Part shown: positions 18,625 through 33,649 of the stretch, piece after piece
How positions within the stretch are numbered: the first letter of the stretch is position 1
Layout: every line of letters starts with the position of its first letter
Source: the human T2T-CHM13v2.0 reference genome, Homo sapiens
Strand: one strand, 5' to 3'
Length of the DNA: 64,000 nt
NCBI RefSeq assembly: GCF_009914755.1
Contig: NC_060928.1
Program-made: the position numbers and the translations under genes
Notes under the pieces: model-generated
The model's database searches: none
Told to the model about the DNA's origin: nothing
Seen by the model: the letters and a program-made list of their open reading frames with translations, nothing else

Positions 18625-18860
18625 TTTGCAGTCTCTGGAGTCAGACTACCTGGTTTTACATCCTGTCTCTGCTGTTTGTTAGTTGTATGATCAAGGGTGT
18701 TACTTACCCTCAGTAAGTCTAGTGCTTCTGTTTGTAAAAATGAAAGGGGGAATAGATAAAAATAGATCTATCTTATTAAGTAAAGATGGACTGATATAAT
18801 GCCTGGTGCAGTTTCAGGCATATGGTGAGCATGCAATAAATAAATACTAGCTCATTTATT
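18625..18860 (+). mobile_element. MIR SINE
   Basis: CTCTGGAGTCAGACTACCTGG...TTTCAGGCATATGGTGAGCATGCAATAAAT. Confidence 0.7.
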
Positions 18861-19403
18861 ATTAGTAGTAGAATTATGTTTCTTCTCCTACCCAGAGTGA
18901 GACATTAATTGATCAAAATGTGTCATACACCTCATGTGGATTGGGGCAAAACAAAAACCAAAAGAGAAACACAGTTTTGTGCAATAATTTAAATCTCTTA
19001 AATAAAAAATGTAGAGAAGTTGCTGTTAGTAAAATGTACTGACTTTTCATTCTTTATTAATTCAATGATATTTGTTATCAAATATTATAATAAATGCTGT
19101 TTGAGCCCAAGTATAAATCTGATTTGTGACTTGCCTTCAAGAACCACAGTCTTGTCATGGAGAGGAGAGGATGTTATGATTGGGAAGCAGTGGTGGGGCA
19201 CTAGAAGGGGTGGGTCTTCTGGAGATCTGACAAAATTCCATTTCTTGACCTGGGTGGCAGTTCTATAATAATAAAGTTATGCATCTATATTATATGTACT
19301 TTTTGGTGTATATGTTATAGTCACAGTAAAAATGTCTTTAATTGTGGTATGTGAGTGATTTGTATCTCAGTTTAAAAAAATTATATGGGATATTCCTGAA
19401 TAA

Positions 19404-19721
<318 letters not shown>

Positions 19722-19760
19722 AGGAATGTTTCTTAGACAAAGCATCAAAAGCACAAGCAA

Positions 19761-19861
19761 CCAGCATATGTTAATTAGCTTGATTTAGCCATTCTGCAAT
19801 GTATACATATTGAAAGCAACAAGTTGTACAATATATACGATTTTTATTTATCAGTAAGAAA
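19761..19861 (+). mobile_element. About 100-bp 5'-truncated L1MA-type 3' end
   Basis: TATGTTAATTAGCTTGATTTAGCCATTC...; TSD AAAAGCACAAGCAA at 19747-19760 and 19862-19875. Confidence 0.8.
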
Positions 19862-20053
19862 AAAAGCACAAGCAATCAAAGTTAAAATAGACAAATTGGA
19901 CTTTATTAAAATTAAAGACTTGTGCTTCAAAGGATACTATTGAGAAAGTAAAAATATAACCTATAGAATGCAAGAAAATATTTGTAAATTTTCTATCTGA
20001 TAAGAGTCTGGTATCTAGACTATATGAAGAATTATTATGACTCAACAATGACA

Positions 20054-20355
20054 AGGCTGGGTGTGGTGGCTCATGCCTTTAATCCCAGTGCTTTGGGAGA
20101 CTGAGATGGAAAGATTGCTTGAGGCCAGGAGTTTGAGACCAGCCTGGGCAACATAGTGAGACCCCATCTCTATGAAAAATTTTAAAAATTAGCTGGACAT
20201 GGTGGCATGTACCTGTAGTCCTAACTACTCTGGAAGCTGAGGTGAGAGGATTGCTTAAGCCCAGCAGTTTAAAGTTGCAGTGAGCTATGATTATGCCACT
20301 GCACTCCAGCCTGGGCAACAGAGCAAGACTCTGTCTCAAAAAAAGAAAAAAAAGA
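20054..20355 (+). mobile_element. Alu SINE (AluJ-like)
   Basis: GATTGCTTGAGGCCAGGAG, GCAACATAGTGAGACCCC, GAGCTATGAT. Confidence 0.94.
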
Positions 20356-21336
20356 AGACAACCCCATTTTAAAATGGGCAAGAGGTTTGAACAGATATTT
20401 TTCCAAAAAAGATATATAAATGGTCAATAAGCACATGAAAAGATGCTCAATATCATTAATCACCAGGGAAATGCAAATCAAAAATACAATGAAGTATCAC
20501 TTTATACCCTCTAGGATGGCTGTACTCAAAAGGACAGACAATAAAAAGTGTTGGCCAGGATGTGAAGAAATTAAAACTCTCACACATTGCTGGTGTGAAT
20601 GTAAAATGGTATAGTTGCTTTGGAAAACGACTGGCTATTTCCTCAAAAAGTTAAACATAGAATTACCATGTGTCCTAGCAATTCCATTTCTATCCAGGAA
20701 AAATTAAAACATAAGTCCACACAAAAAACTTGTACATGAATGTTTATAGCAATAACAAAAAAGTAGAAAAAAAATTTTCATCAACTGATGGAAAAATAAA
20801 ATATGGTGTACTCATTGATGAAATATTATTCAGTCATATAAAAGAATGAAGTACTGATTCATGCTACAGCACAGAGGAACATTAAAACGTTATGCTATGT
20901 GAAAGAAGCCATAAAGGCCACACATTGTATAATTCCATTTATAAGAAATGTTCAGAATAAGCAAATCCATAAACACAGAGAGAGTATTAGTGGTTGTCAG
21001 GGACTATGGGGGAGGATGGATGGGAGAGTGACTACTAGAGGGTACAGGACTTAATTTTAGTGTAATAAAAAATGTTATGAAATTAGATAGTGGTAAGATT
21101 GTAAGACTGAATATGTTAAAAACCACTGACTTGTGTACTCTAAAAAGCTGAATATTCTGGTAAGTGAATTATTATCTCAATAAAATAAATAAAATACAAA
21201 GTATGGGATAGTTCCATGCTTTGTAATGGTTATATTTGACTAAATTATAGATTGTACAAAGAGAGTAATGGGAAATAAATTTTAAAATATAAATTGAAAT
21301 CAAATTATAAAAGGCTTTATTAGTGAGAAGCTGTCA

Positions 21337-21723
<387 letters not shown>

Positions 21724-22100
21724 CTAGCATCATTTTGATTCATCTCTGCGTCTTTCCTAGCCTTTGTACTAGAGAGGACAGTGATTATGTACTTTGTAGC
21801 TTAGTTTTGTCTTAGGGAATACATATGATTTTAGAAATTTTTCAAAGGACTGGATCATATTAGCCTGGTAAATTGAATTATATGTCGTTTTGTAATAATA
21901 CAATGTATATGAATATATACAAGCATTACCTCATTTCATAGGAAAGAGGTGATAGATAAAATGAGAAAAAGCGAGATTTTGGTTGTGTTTACTAATACAT
22001 ATTTCTGATTTGGAGAACTGGGAAGGGAAAACATAACTGTATTAGTCTAAGTCTCAATGGGTTGCTATATTAGAATAATTCACTAAGGGTTGTCAAGGAC

Positions 22101-22212
22101 TGTGAAGGATCTGAGAATTGACCTTACCAGCAAGCTAACAAATTAACCTGCCATAGTTTCATGAATGCTGGCAGAAGACACAAGACTTTTGGGTCAGAGA
22201 TAAAGGACTTTT
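22101..22212. mobile_element. ERV LTR fragment (family uncertain)
   Basis: TGTGAAGGATCTGAGA...CAAGCTAACAAATTAACCTGCCATAGTTTCATGAATGCTGGCAGAAGACAC resembles an old ERV LTR end. Confidence 0.45.
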
Positions 22213-23692
22213 GCATTTTATCATAGTTGATTTCAACTTTAGTTAGTGGAAGAGTTAACTAGTTACACAATTTTTAGAAATGTAATCAAATTAGTACTTG
22301 AAAGCTCCAATATATTTATTGTAAAATAAAATATTCAATGCAGAAGTTGCATAAAACCTGTTTCTCACATTGCTTTTTGAATACATGCTTAAGGGACATT
22401 TAAGAGTCTATGGCAAATGTTGGCTCTTTGGATTGAAAACCACAAGCTAAAAAAGAATATTAAGGAAATCCAAAGCAAATCACTTGATTTATACCAAGCA
22501 CTCAATTTTCTCAACACAGTTCTTCAGAAGACAGTTTCAGTAAATTGTGTTAACCACAGATTCATTGTTTACAATAGCTTTCATTAATGTAACATTCCAC
22601 AGTAGGGAAAAAAATTTTACAATGAGTGAGAAAACACTCTGTAATTAATTCTCCTAGTGTTTTCTACAATATTCCAAGAGATCTGTGTGGATCACAAAAC
22701 AATACTGTTTTTTAAAAAAATTCTGTTCTAGAAATCACATGAAACAATCCTACCTGTAACTGCAATTGTATTTTATTTTATTTAAATCTGATGAACTGCA
22801 TGGGCATACAACACAATGTGAGGGCAATTGTGCCAGCAGAATATGTCTATGATCAGGCAGTATGCTGAGAACCAGCAGGTGGGGGAAAATGAGACTTGGG
22901 GGACTACAGGGAATGAATCTGGAGGCAGCAGCAATTTTTTAGAATAATTTGAAAACCCTTTGTTTTGAAGGATTTGGTTACCTAATTAGGTTAGAGAAGC
23001 TTGTGTGCTTTGTACACAAGGAGAGATGATCTCTATGCTTTTCCTAGACTCTCAAAGCCATTTGTGTTAATTATATGACCTCCACTAAGCACTCAAGGTC
23101 TGGCCTATGATATGTTTTCTGTACTCTTCCAAATGCTCATACATTCATTATTAAGAAACTTGGCTTCAGAGCATCAGATTACTGCATTTCTTGTAAACCA
23201 GCTTAGTGGCAACAAAATCCAATTCATCTCTAGACATTGGGTTTTCTTAGATGAGCTCTTCTATTTTTCTGTCCCTTGGTTAAAGAAGAGCTGCAAATAG
23301 GTCTGCAGAGCTACTTGGTTATCAGTTTTACTTACTATCAAAAGATCTGACTGTATAACCTTTGTTCTTAGATATTTGCTGTGTGTAATTTATTTTATTT
23401 TTTGGTTACTAAAACATTTTCCTTTTTCTTAAGCAGAAATAGCACATGACTAAGAATTAGAATATGCAGTCTCTCCTTTCATCTCTTAATCCCTCACATA
23501 TAACCTGATGCATTAAGATAATGCTTTTGGGAATGTGCTATGGGTTTCAACAACATGTGTGACTGCTAATGAGCTGGGATAGGCTTGGCTATGATTTCTC
23601 TAAGGCTGGAGTTCCTACGAGTGTGGAGAAATACATATTAAAGGATTAAAGATATAAGAGAATGTTCATGAACTATATCTTAACTAGTTCTT

Positions 23693-23997
<305 letters not shown>

Positions 23998-25745
23998 TAT
24001 CTTAACTAGTTCTTATGGCTGAAATAAGACAGAGAGACTGGGAACATTTCCTAACCAAAATAGGATTTGGTTAAACTTTGTATGCGGTAAGAGGAAAGGA
24101 CAGACCCTCTTAGAAAACTCAGACCATTGCCCCTTGCCTCAAGACTGCACATAACATAATCCTCTTTCTGTTTTTGCCTGAATTGCCCAGATGCTCAAAG
24201 CCATTCATAATGTTCACAGTGACTATATTAATTTTTAAATTTTGGAATTATTCTCATGATTTTTTATCATATATACATATATATTGTTTGTATAGGTGGT
24301 ATATGTGTGTGCATATATATAGAAAATATATACATTTACCTATAATTGCTTTTGGAAACAAGTGAGATATCAAGAACATGTTAAAGAACAGATGATGTGA
24401 TTTTGTGGCTGGCAAGATGGCCGAATAGGAACAGCTCTGGTCTGCAGCTCCCAGTGAGATCAACGCAGAAGGCAGGTCATTTCTGCATTTCCAGCTGAGG
24501 TACCCAGCTCATCTCATTGGGACTGGTTAGACAGTGGGTGCAGCCCATGGAGGGTGAGCAGAAGCAGGGTGGGGCATCGCCTCACCTGGGAAGTGCAAGG
24601 GGTTGGGGAACTCCCTCCCCTAGCCAAGGGAAGTCATGAGGGACTGTGCTGTGAGGAATGGTGCATTCTGGCCCAGACATTATGCTTTTCCCATGGTCTT
24701 TGCAACCCACAGACCAGGAGACTCTCTTGGGTGCCTACACCACCAGGGCCCTGGGTTTCAAGCACAAAACTGGGCGGTTGTTTGGGCAGACACCGAGCTA
24801 GCTACAGGAGTTTATTTTTCATACCCCAGTGGTGCCTAGAATGCCAGCAAGACAGAATTGTTCACTCCCCTGGAAAGGGGGCTGAAGCCAGGGAGCCAAG
24901 TAGTCTAGTTCAGCAGATCCCACCCCCATGGAGCCCAGCAAGCTAAGATCCACTGGCTTGAAATTCTCGCTGCTAGCATAGCAGTCTGAGCTCCACCTGG
25001 GACACTCAAGTTTGGTGGGGGGAGGGGCATCCGCCATTACCAAGGCTTGAGTAGGCAGTTTTCCCCTCACAGTGTAAACAAAGCCACTGGGAAGTTCAAA
25101 CTGGGCAGAGCCCACTGCAGCTTCACAAAACCACTGTAGCCAGACTGCCTCTCTAGATTCTGCCTCTCTAGGCAGGACATTTCTGAAAGAAAGGCAGAAG
25201 CCCCAGGCAGGGGTTGATAAATAAAATTCCCATCTCCCTGGGACAGAGCACCTGGGGGAAGGGGCAGCTATGGGTGCAGCTTCAGCAAGCTTAAACATTC
25301 CTGCTTGCCAGCTCTGAAGAGAGCAGCAGATCTCCCAGCACGGTGCTCGAGCTATGCTAAGGGACAGACTGCCTCCTCAAGTGGGTTCATGACCCCCTTG
25401 CCTCCTGACTGGGAGACACCTCCCAGTAGGGGATGACAGACACCTCATATAGGAGAGCTCCGGCTGGCATCTGACAGGTGCCCCTCTGGGATGAAGCTTC
25501 CAGAGGAAGGAACAGGCAGCAATATTTGCTGTTCTGCAGACTCTGCTGGTGATACCCAGGCAAACAGGGTCTTGAGTGGACCTTCAGCAAACTCTAGCAG
25601 ACCTGCAGCAGAGGGGCCGGACTGTTAGAAGGAAAACTAATAAACAGAAAGGAGTAACATCAACATCAACAAAAAGGATGTCCACTCAGAAACCCCATCT
25701 GAAGGTCACCAACATCAAAGACCAAAGGTAGATAAATCCACGAAG

Positions 25746-26765
25746 ATGAGAAAAAAACAGCTCGAAAAGGCTGAAAATTCCAAAAACCAGAACGCCTCTT
25801 CTTCTCCAAAGGATCACAACTCCTCGCCAACAAGGGAACAAAACTGGATGGAGAATGAGTTTGACAAATTGACAGAAGTAGGGTACAGAAGGTATGTAAT
25901 AAACTCCTCTGAGCTAAAGGAGCATGTCCTAACCCAATGCAAGGAGGCTAAGAACCTTGAAAAAAGGTTAGAGGAATTGCTAACTAGAACACCCAGTTTA
26001 GAGAAGAACATAAATGACCTGATGGAGCTGAAAAACACAGCACAAGAATGTTGTGAAGCATATACACAAGTATCAATAGCTGAATCCATCAAGCAGAAGA
26101 AAGGATATCAGAGACTGAAGATCAGCTTAATGAAATAAAGCATGAAGACAAGATTAGAGAAAAAAGAATGAAAAGGAATGAACAAAACCTCCAAAAAATA
26201 GGGGACTATGTGGAAAGACCAAACCTACATTTGATTGGTGTACCTGAAAGTGACGAGGAGATGGAATCAAGTTGGAAAACACTCTTCAGGATATTATCCA
26301 GGAGAACTTCCCCAACCTAGCAAGACAGGCCAACATTCAAATTCAGGAAATACAGAGAATACCATAAAGATACTCCTCAAGAAGAACAACCCCAAGACAC
26401 ATAATCATCAGATTCACCAAGGTTGAAATGAAGGAAAATACGTTAAGGGCAGCCAGAAAGAAAGGTCGGGTTACCCACAAAGGAGAGCCCATCAGGCTAA
26501 CAGTGGATCTCTCTGCAGAGACCCTACAAGCCAGAAGAGAGTGGGAGCCAATATTCAACATTCTTAAAAGAATTTTCAACCCAGAATTTCATATCCAGCC
26601 AAACTAAGCTTCACAAGCTAAGGAGAAATAAAATCCTTTACAGACGAGCAACTGCTGAGAGATTTTGTCACCACCAGGCCTACCTTACAAGAGCTTCTGA
26701 AGGAAGCACTAAATATGGAAAGGAAAACCCAGTACCAGCCACTGCAAAAACATACCAAATTGTAA
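25746..26765 (+). pseudogene. L1 ORF1p, frameshifted
   Basis: MRKKQLEKAENSKNQNASSSPKDHNSSP...LMELKN matches the L1 ORF1 N-terminus; frame lost after about 110 aa. Confidence 0.93.
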
Positions 26766-26828
26766 AGGCCGTTGACACTATGAAGAAACTGCATCAACTA
26801 ACAGGCAAAATAACCAGATAGCATCATA

Positions 26829-29800
26829 CTGACAGGATCAAATTCACACATAACAATATTAACCTTAAATGTAAATGGGCTAAATGCCCCTTAATAGACC
26901 GATTAAAAGACACAGACTGGCAAATTGGATAAAGAGTCAAGACCCATCGGTGTGCTGTATTCAGGAGACCCATCTCATGTGCAAAGACACACATAAGCTC
27001 AAAATAAAGAGATGGAGGAAGATTTACCAAGCAAATGGAAAGCAAAAAAGGAAAAGCAGGGGTTGCAATCCTAGTCTCTGATAAAACAGACTTCAAACCA
27101 ACAAAGATCAAAAAAGACAAAGGCATTACATAATGGTAAAGGGATCAATGCAACAAGAAGAGCTAACTATCCTAAATACATATGCACCCAATACAGGAGC
27201 ACCCAGATTCATAAAGCAAGTTCTTAGAGACCTACGAAGAGACTTAGACTCACACACAATAATAGTGGGAGACTTTAACACCCCACTGTCAATATTAGAT
27301 CAGTGAGACAGAAAATTAACAAGGATATTCAGGACTTGAACTCAGCTCTGGAGCAAGCTGACCTAATAGACATCTACAGAACTCTCCATCCCAAATCAAC
27401 AGAATATACATTCTTCTCGCACCACATCACACTTACTCTAAAATTACCTACATAATTGGAAGTAAAACACTCCTCAGCAAATGCAAAAGAACGGAAATCA
27501 TAACAAACAATCTCTCAGACCATAGTGCAATCAAACTAGAACTCAGGATTAAGAAACTCACTCAAAACCGAACAGCTACATGGAAACTGAACAACCTGCT
27601 CCTGAATGACTACTGGGTAAATACGAAATTAAGGTAGAAATAATGAAGTTCTTTGAAACCAATGAGAACAAAGATACAATGTACCAGAATCTCTGGGACA
27701 CAGCTAAAGCCGTGTTTAGAGGGAAATTTATAGCACTAAATGCCCACAAAAGAAAGCAGGAAAGATTTAAGATAGACACCCTAACATCACAATTAAAGGA
27801 ACTAGAGAAGCAAGAGCAAACAAATTCAAAAGCTAGCAGAAGACAAGAAATAACTAAGATCATAGCAGAACTGAAGGAGATAGAGATACGAAAAACCCTT
27901 CAAAAAATCAATTAATCCAGAAGCTGGTTTTTTGAAAACATTAACAAAATAGACTGCTAGCCAGACTAATAAAGAAGAAAAGAGGGAAGCATCAAATAGA
28001 TACAATAAAAAATGATAAAGGGGATATCACCAGTGATCCCACAGAAATGCAAACTACCATCAGAAAATACTATAAACACCTCTACACAAATAAACTAGAA
28101 AATCTAAAAGAAATGGATAAATTCCTGGACACATACACCCTCCCAAGACTAAACCAGGAAGAAGTTGAATCCCTTAATAGACCAGTAACAAGTTCTGAAA
28201 TTGAGGCAATAATTAATAGCCTGCCAACCAGGTAGGCTATTAAAAAAAAAAAAGCCCAGGACCAGATTCACAGCCGAATTCTACCAGAGGTACAAAGAGG
28301 AGCTGTACCATTCCTTCTGAAACTATTCCAAACAATAGAAAAAGAGGGACTCCCCCCTAACTCATGTTTAACTCATTTTACTCCTCCCAGCATCATCCTG
28401 ATACCAAAGTCTGGCAGAGACACAACAAAAAATGAAAATTTCAGGCCAATATCCCTGATGGACATTGATGCAAAATCCTTAATAAAATACTGACAAACCC
28501 CAAATCCAGTGGCACATCAAAAAGCTTATCCACCACAATCAAGTCAGCTTCATCCCTGGGATGCAAGGCTGGTTCAACATGCACAAATCAATAAACGTAG
28601 TCCATCACGGAAACAGAACCAATGACAAAAACCACATGATTATTTCAATAGATACAGAAAATGCCTTCAATAAAATTCAACACCCCTTCATGCTAAAAAC
28701 TCTCAATAAACTAGGTATTGATGGAACATAGCTCAAAATATTAAAAGATATTTATGACAGACCCACAGCCAATATCATACTGAATGGGCAAAAGCTGGAA
28801 GCATTCCCTTTGAAAACTGGCATAAGACAAGGATACCCACTCTCACCACTCCTATTCAACATAGTATTGGAAGCTCTGGCCAGGGCAATCAGGCAAGAGA
28901 AAGAAATAAAGGGTATTCAAATAAGAAGAGAGGAAGTCAAATTGTCTCCGTTTGCAGATGACATGATTGTATATTTAGAAAACCCCATCATCTCAGCCCA
29001 AAATTTCCTTAAGCTGATAAGCAACTTCAGCAAAGTCCCAAGATACAAAATCAATGCGGAAAAATCACAAGCATTCCTATATACCAATAATAGACAAACA
29101 GAGAGCCAAATCATGAGCCAAATCCCATTCACAATTGCTACAAATAGAATAAAATACCTAGGAATCCAACTTACAAGGGATGTGAAGGACCTCTTCAAGG
29201 AGAACTACAAACCACTGCTCAAGGAAATAAGAGAGGACAAATGGAAAAACATTCCATGTTCATGGATAGGAAGAATGAATATCGTGAAAATGGCCATACT
29301 GCCCAAAGTAATTTATAGATCCAATGCTATCCCCATCAATCTACCATTGACTTTATTCACAGAACTAGAAAAAATTACTTTAAATTTCATATGGAACCGA
29401 AAAAGAGCCCACATAGCCAAGACAATCCTAAGCAAAAAGAACAAAGCTGGAGGCATCACGCTACCTAACTTCAAACTATACTATAAGGCTACAGTAACCA
29501 AAACAGCATGGTACTGGTACCAAAACAGATACATAGACCAATGGAACAGAACAGAGGCCTCAGAAGTAATGCCACACATCCACAACCATCTGATCTTTGA
29601 CAAACCTGACAAAAACAAGAAATGGGGAAAGGATTCCCTATTTAATAAATGGTGTTGGGAAAACTGGCTAGCCATATGCAGAAAACTGAAACTGGACCCC
29701 TTCCTTACACCTTATACAAAAATTAACTCAAGATGGATTAAAGACTTAAATGTAAAACCTGAAAGTATAAAAATCCTAAAAGAAAACCTAGGCAATACCA

Positions 29801-30666
29801 TTCAGGACATAGGCATGGGCAAGGACTTCATGAATAAAACACCAAAAGCAATGGCAACAAAAGCCAAAATTGACAAATGGGATTTAATTAAACTAAAGAG
29901 CTTCTGCACAGCAAAAGAAATTATCATCAGAGTGAACAGGCAACCTACAGAATGAGAGAAAATTTTTGCAATCTATTTATCTGACAAAGGGTTAATATCC
30001 AGAATATACAAAGAACTTAAACAAATTTATAAGAAAAAAACAACCCCATCAAAAAGTGAGCGAAGCATATGAACAGACATTTCTCAAAAGAAGACATTTA
30101 TGTGGCCAACAAACATATGAAAAAAAGCTCATCATCACTGGTCATTAGAGAAATGCAAATCAAAACCACAATGAGATACCGTGTCATGCCAGTTAGAATG
30201 GTGATCATTAGAAAGGCAGGAAACAACAGGTGCTGGAGAGGATGTGGAGAAATAGGAACATTTTTACACTGTTGGTGGGAGTGTAAATTAGTTCAACCAT
30301 TTTAGAAGACAGTGTGGTGATTCCTCAAGATCTAGAACCAGAAATACCATTTGACCTAGCAATCCTATTACTGGGTATATACCCAAAGGATTATAAATCA
30401 TTCTATAAAGACACACGCACACGTATGTTTATTACAGCACTATTCACAATAGCAAAGACTTGGAACTGACTCAAATACCCATCAATGACAGACTGGATAA
30501 AAAAATATGGCACATATATACCATGGAATAATATACAGCCATAAAAAAGGATGAGTTAATGTCCTTTGCAGGGGCATGGATGAAGCTAGAAACCATCATT
30601 CTCAGCAAACTAACACAGTAACAGAAAACCAAACACTGCATGTTCTCATTCATAAGTGGGAGTTGA
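26829..30666 (+). pseudogene. L1 ORF2p (endonuclease, reverse transcriptase, C-terminal domain), disrupted
   Basis: Start codon mutated (CTGACAGGATCA); EN motif CCIQETHL and RT motifs QGYPLSP and FADDM present; multiple stops and frameshifts; longest open piece 28810-29955. Confidence 0.95.
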
Positions 30667-31018
30667 ACAGTGAGAACATGTGGACACAGGGAGGGGAATA
30701 TTACTTACTGGGGCCTGTGGTGGGGTGGGGGGCTAGGGGAGGGATAGCATTAGGAGAAATACCTAATGTAGATTGACGGGTTGATGGGTGCAGCAAACCA
30801 TCATGGAACATGTACATCTATATAACAAACCTGCATGTTCTGCACATGTATTCCAGAACTTAAAGTATAATAATAATAAAAAGAACAGATGATGTATCCA
30901 GAATGATTTTTTTTTCTGTCTATAACCTTTAGTTAGCAATTTCTATCAAGGCAATGCTAAACTCATTATGAACAGGAAATAGATGATACAAAACAAAGCA
31001 AATTAAAAAATAGGTCTG

Positions 31019-31341
<323 letters not shown>

Positions 31342-33649
31342 AGTCTTAGGAGAGCTGATTACAGTTTAGCGGAAGCAGCCTTTTGACTTTCCCTTCTTTT
31401 AATACCAGGGATTTTACTTAGATTGCAAAACTGTGGATGTTTTGTGGCAACTTGGAGTCTCAACATCTATTAGCAAAAAAGTAAGAGGATTGTAATTACA
31501 GTCTAAGCTTCGGAGCTGGTTGGGCCTGACATTTGAGAAAATGGATAAGGCCAGCCCTTTGTCTCCCTCTGCCCCCACCCGCTTCCCTCTCTGGGACCCA
31601 AGCTCTCTTGCTGCCCAGCCAAACCTGTCGTCTTGAGAAGGCACTGAAGCTGCTGACCCTTTCTGCTCTGCCCACCAAAATATAACCACCCACAGTCTCT
31701 GTTCAGAGATGGAATCCAGTGAGATACCTATAATACATTCACAGTAGATGTCAGATAATAGAAGAACTCACTCTTCTCATATCACATGGGAAACACACTG
31801 TTGTCGCCTTTCCATCCTGTTTCAACAATTCAGATTATCTCAAGATTCAGAAGCTGCGATGTTAAATTAGGGGTCAACTGTCCCTTGCCCCCCTCCCTTG
31901 TGACCTCACTTTCCTGTCTCTCATTGATACTTGCTGTCTGCAAATAACCTGGACTCTGGGTACTTTTTTCATGTGAAAGGAAGGATTTTGAGCTCTTTTT
32001 GGCTAAAGTTGATAAGAAGGATTGGAAAGTAGCTTAGTTCCTAATTGAGGTTCTCTCCCTGTCTCTAAATATAAATAGAAAAACTCATGGAACATTTGTG
32101 AGAGAAGAGTTATATGTTTAGTTGCTTAGAACATTTTATTTTAGAAATAAATATTTAGGGATACAGCCATTCATGGTGTTTTCATGAACTTATCCCTTAT
32201 GAATGCATATGATATGTTCATTCACCTCTTTGTAGAAGCTTTGATCGTTTTGCACAAAACAGGAAGTAGTAGTAGTGGCAGTATGGATTTGGGAGGGTGA
32301 AGTTAGCTTTGGCCAGGTGATCTCTGCATATCAGACTATTAAAGGCAGCGCCTTTACAGAATGTTGGCTGGGCTGTGACTCATGCTTTGCTTTGCACTCC
32401 CTAAAGAGGCTTTATGTATCGCCTCTTTGTCCTTTCCCAAGTCATTTGAAAATAAATAGAAGAGAGAATAATGTGATCAGGGGCTCTAATTGTATTTATT
32501 GCTTATGTAGGGTTGTAGTAGATACAGGGATGTTTCCTTATTCTTTATGTCTTGCACATCTGAAATGTGTCATAATAAATGATATTTTAAAAAACTAAAC
32601 AGAACAACTAGTTTTGGGAATTTGTCCTACATAGTCATATGACTCATCTGCATAGATCCTAATATGATCATAGCTTGGCCATTTCCATTTTTTCTGTTTT
32701 TCTCCTTCTTAAACACAAGTGGAATTTTTATTTTATTTATTTATTTATTTTTTGCGTTTTTCAATCTTGGATAGGACTAGTTGCTTCCCACCTTTTCTGA
32801 GGTACAGAAAAAAATAAGTGCGTGCTGCCATTTGCTTAAAGATCAGCAGTTTCCATCTCTGCAGGTCAGAAAGGAAGTGAATACAATGTATTGGATCAAT
32901 AAGCACAGATATTTGCAATACTAACTATACCAATTTCAAAAACACAGTAAGTTGTATATTTAATTGAAAGTTCAGAAAGGACAAACAGTAGATGACAGCT
33001 AATACAGTTTGAAAAGAATGTTTAAAATGTGCAGACAAAAGATTATTTGCCTATAAACAAGATTGATAATTTATAATCATGTGATGGATTGAATCTCTTT
33101 CATAAATATTTGAATAAGATGGGATCAAGGCAGTAAAGTTGATCATGAAGCTTTACCTTGTCAATCCTCATGAGTGTTGACAATACCTGTTGGGAATAAA
33201 CCCTGTAGCCTGGCTGACCAACTGATATCTATATCCCAATCCACTGGCACATCAATAATTTTTGTAAAGTAAAAAGAAAAAGAGGGAGAGGGAACTGTTT
33301 GTTTGATGGTGGATGGAGAAAGTGTCCCAGGAAAGAAAGCTACATGCTGGTGTCTTAGTGGCAGCCAGGACCACCCTGTGTGGACATGTAGTTTGTACTC
33401 TGCATGACTCCTGGGGGCATCATTCACATAGATTCCTAAAGGAATGACGCTCTCTATGGTTGTACAATCTCAGCCCTAGTGGTAATCATTTATTTGGCAA
33501 TCTGGAAATGTTTCCAGAAGTATCCCTTGTGAAGGACAAAGGTCTACTGTGTATCTTGCATATTTCATTATTAACCCTGTGACTTGTGCTGAGTAACTAC
33601 TTAATATCTATTCAGTGCTAAAATAAGAGAAAGGCAACTTTAAAAAAAA

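Larger units (their letters stand above)
24399..30879 (+). mobile_element. Full-length LINE-1, L1PA7-like, inactivated
   Basis: 5'UTR with YY1 motif CAAGATGGCCG (24413-24423), ORF1, ORF2, 3'UTR GGGGCTAGGGGAGGGATAGCATTAGGAGAAATACC, A tail; perfect 16-bp TSD AAAGAACAGATGATGT at 24383-24398 and 30880-30895. Confidence 0.97.

Noticed and set aside
28810-29955. 381-aa reverse-transcriptase-like ORF as a functional or novel RT gene
   Set aside because: It is a fragment of a disrupted L1 ORF2; it starts at TTG mid-domain and the upstream EN/RT sequence is frameshifted.
32865-32946. Possible 82-nt exon (CTCTGCAG| ... |GTAAGT)
   Set aside because: Stops occur in all three frames and no partner exons are identifiable; it cannot be supported without RNA data.
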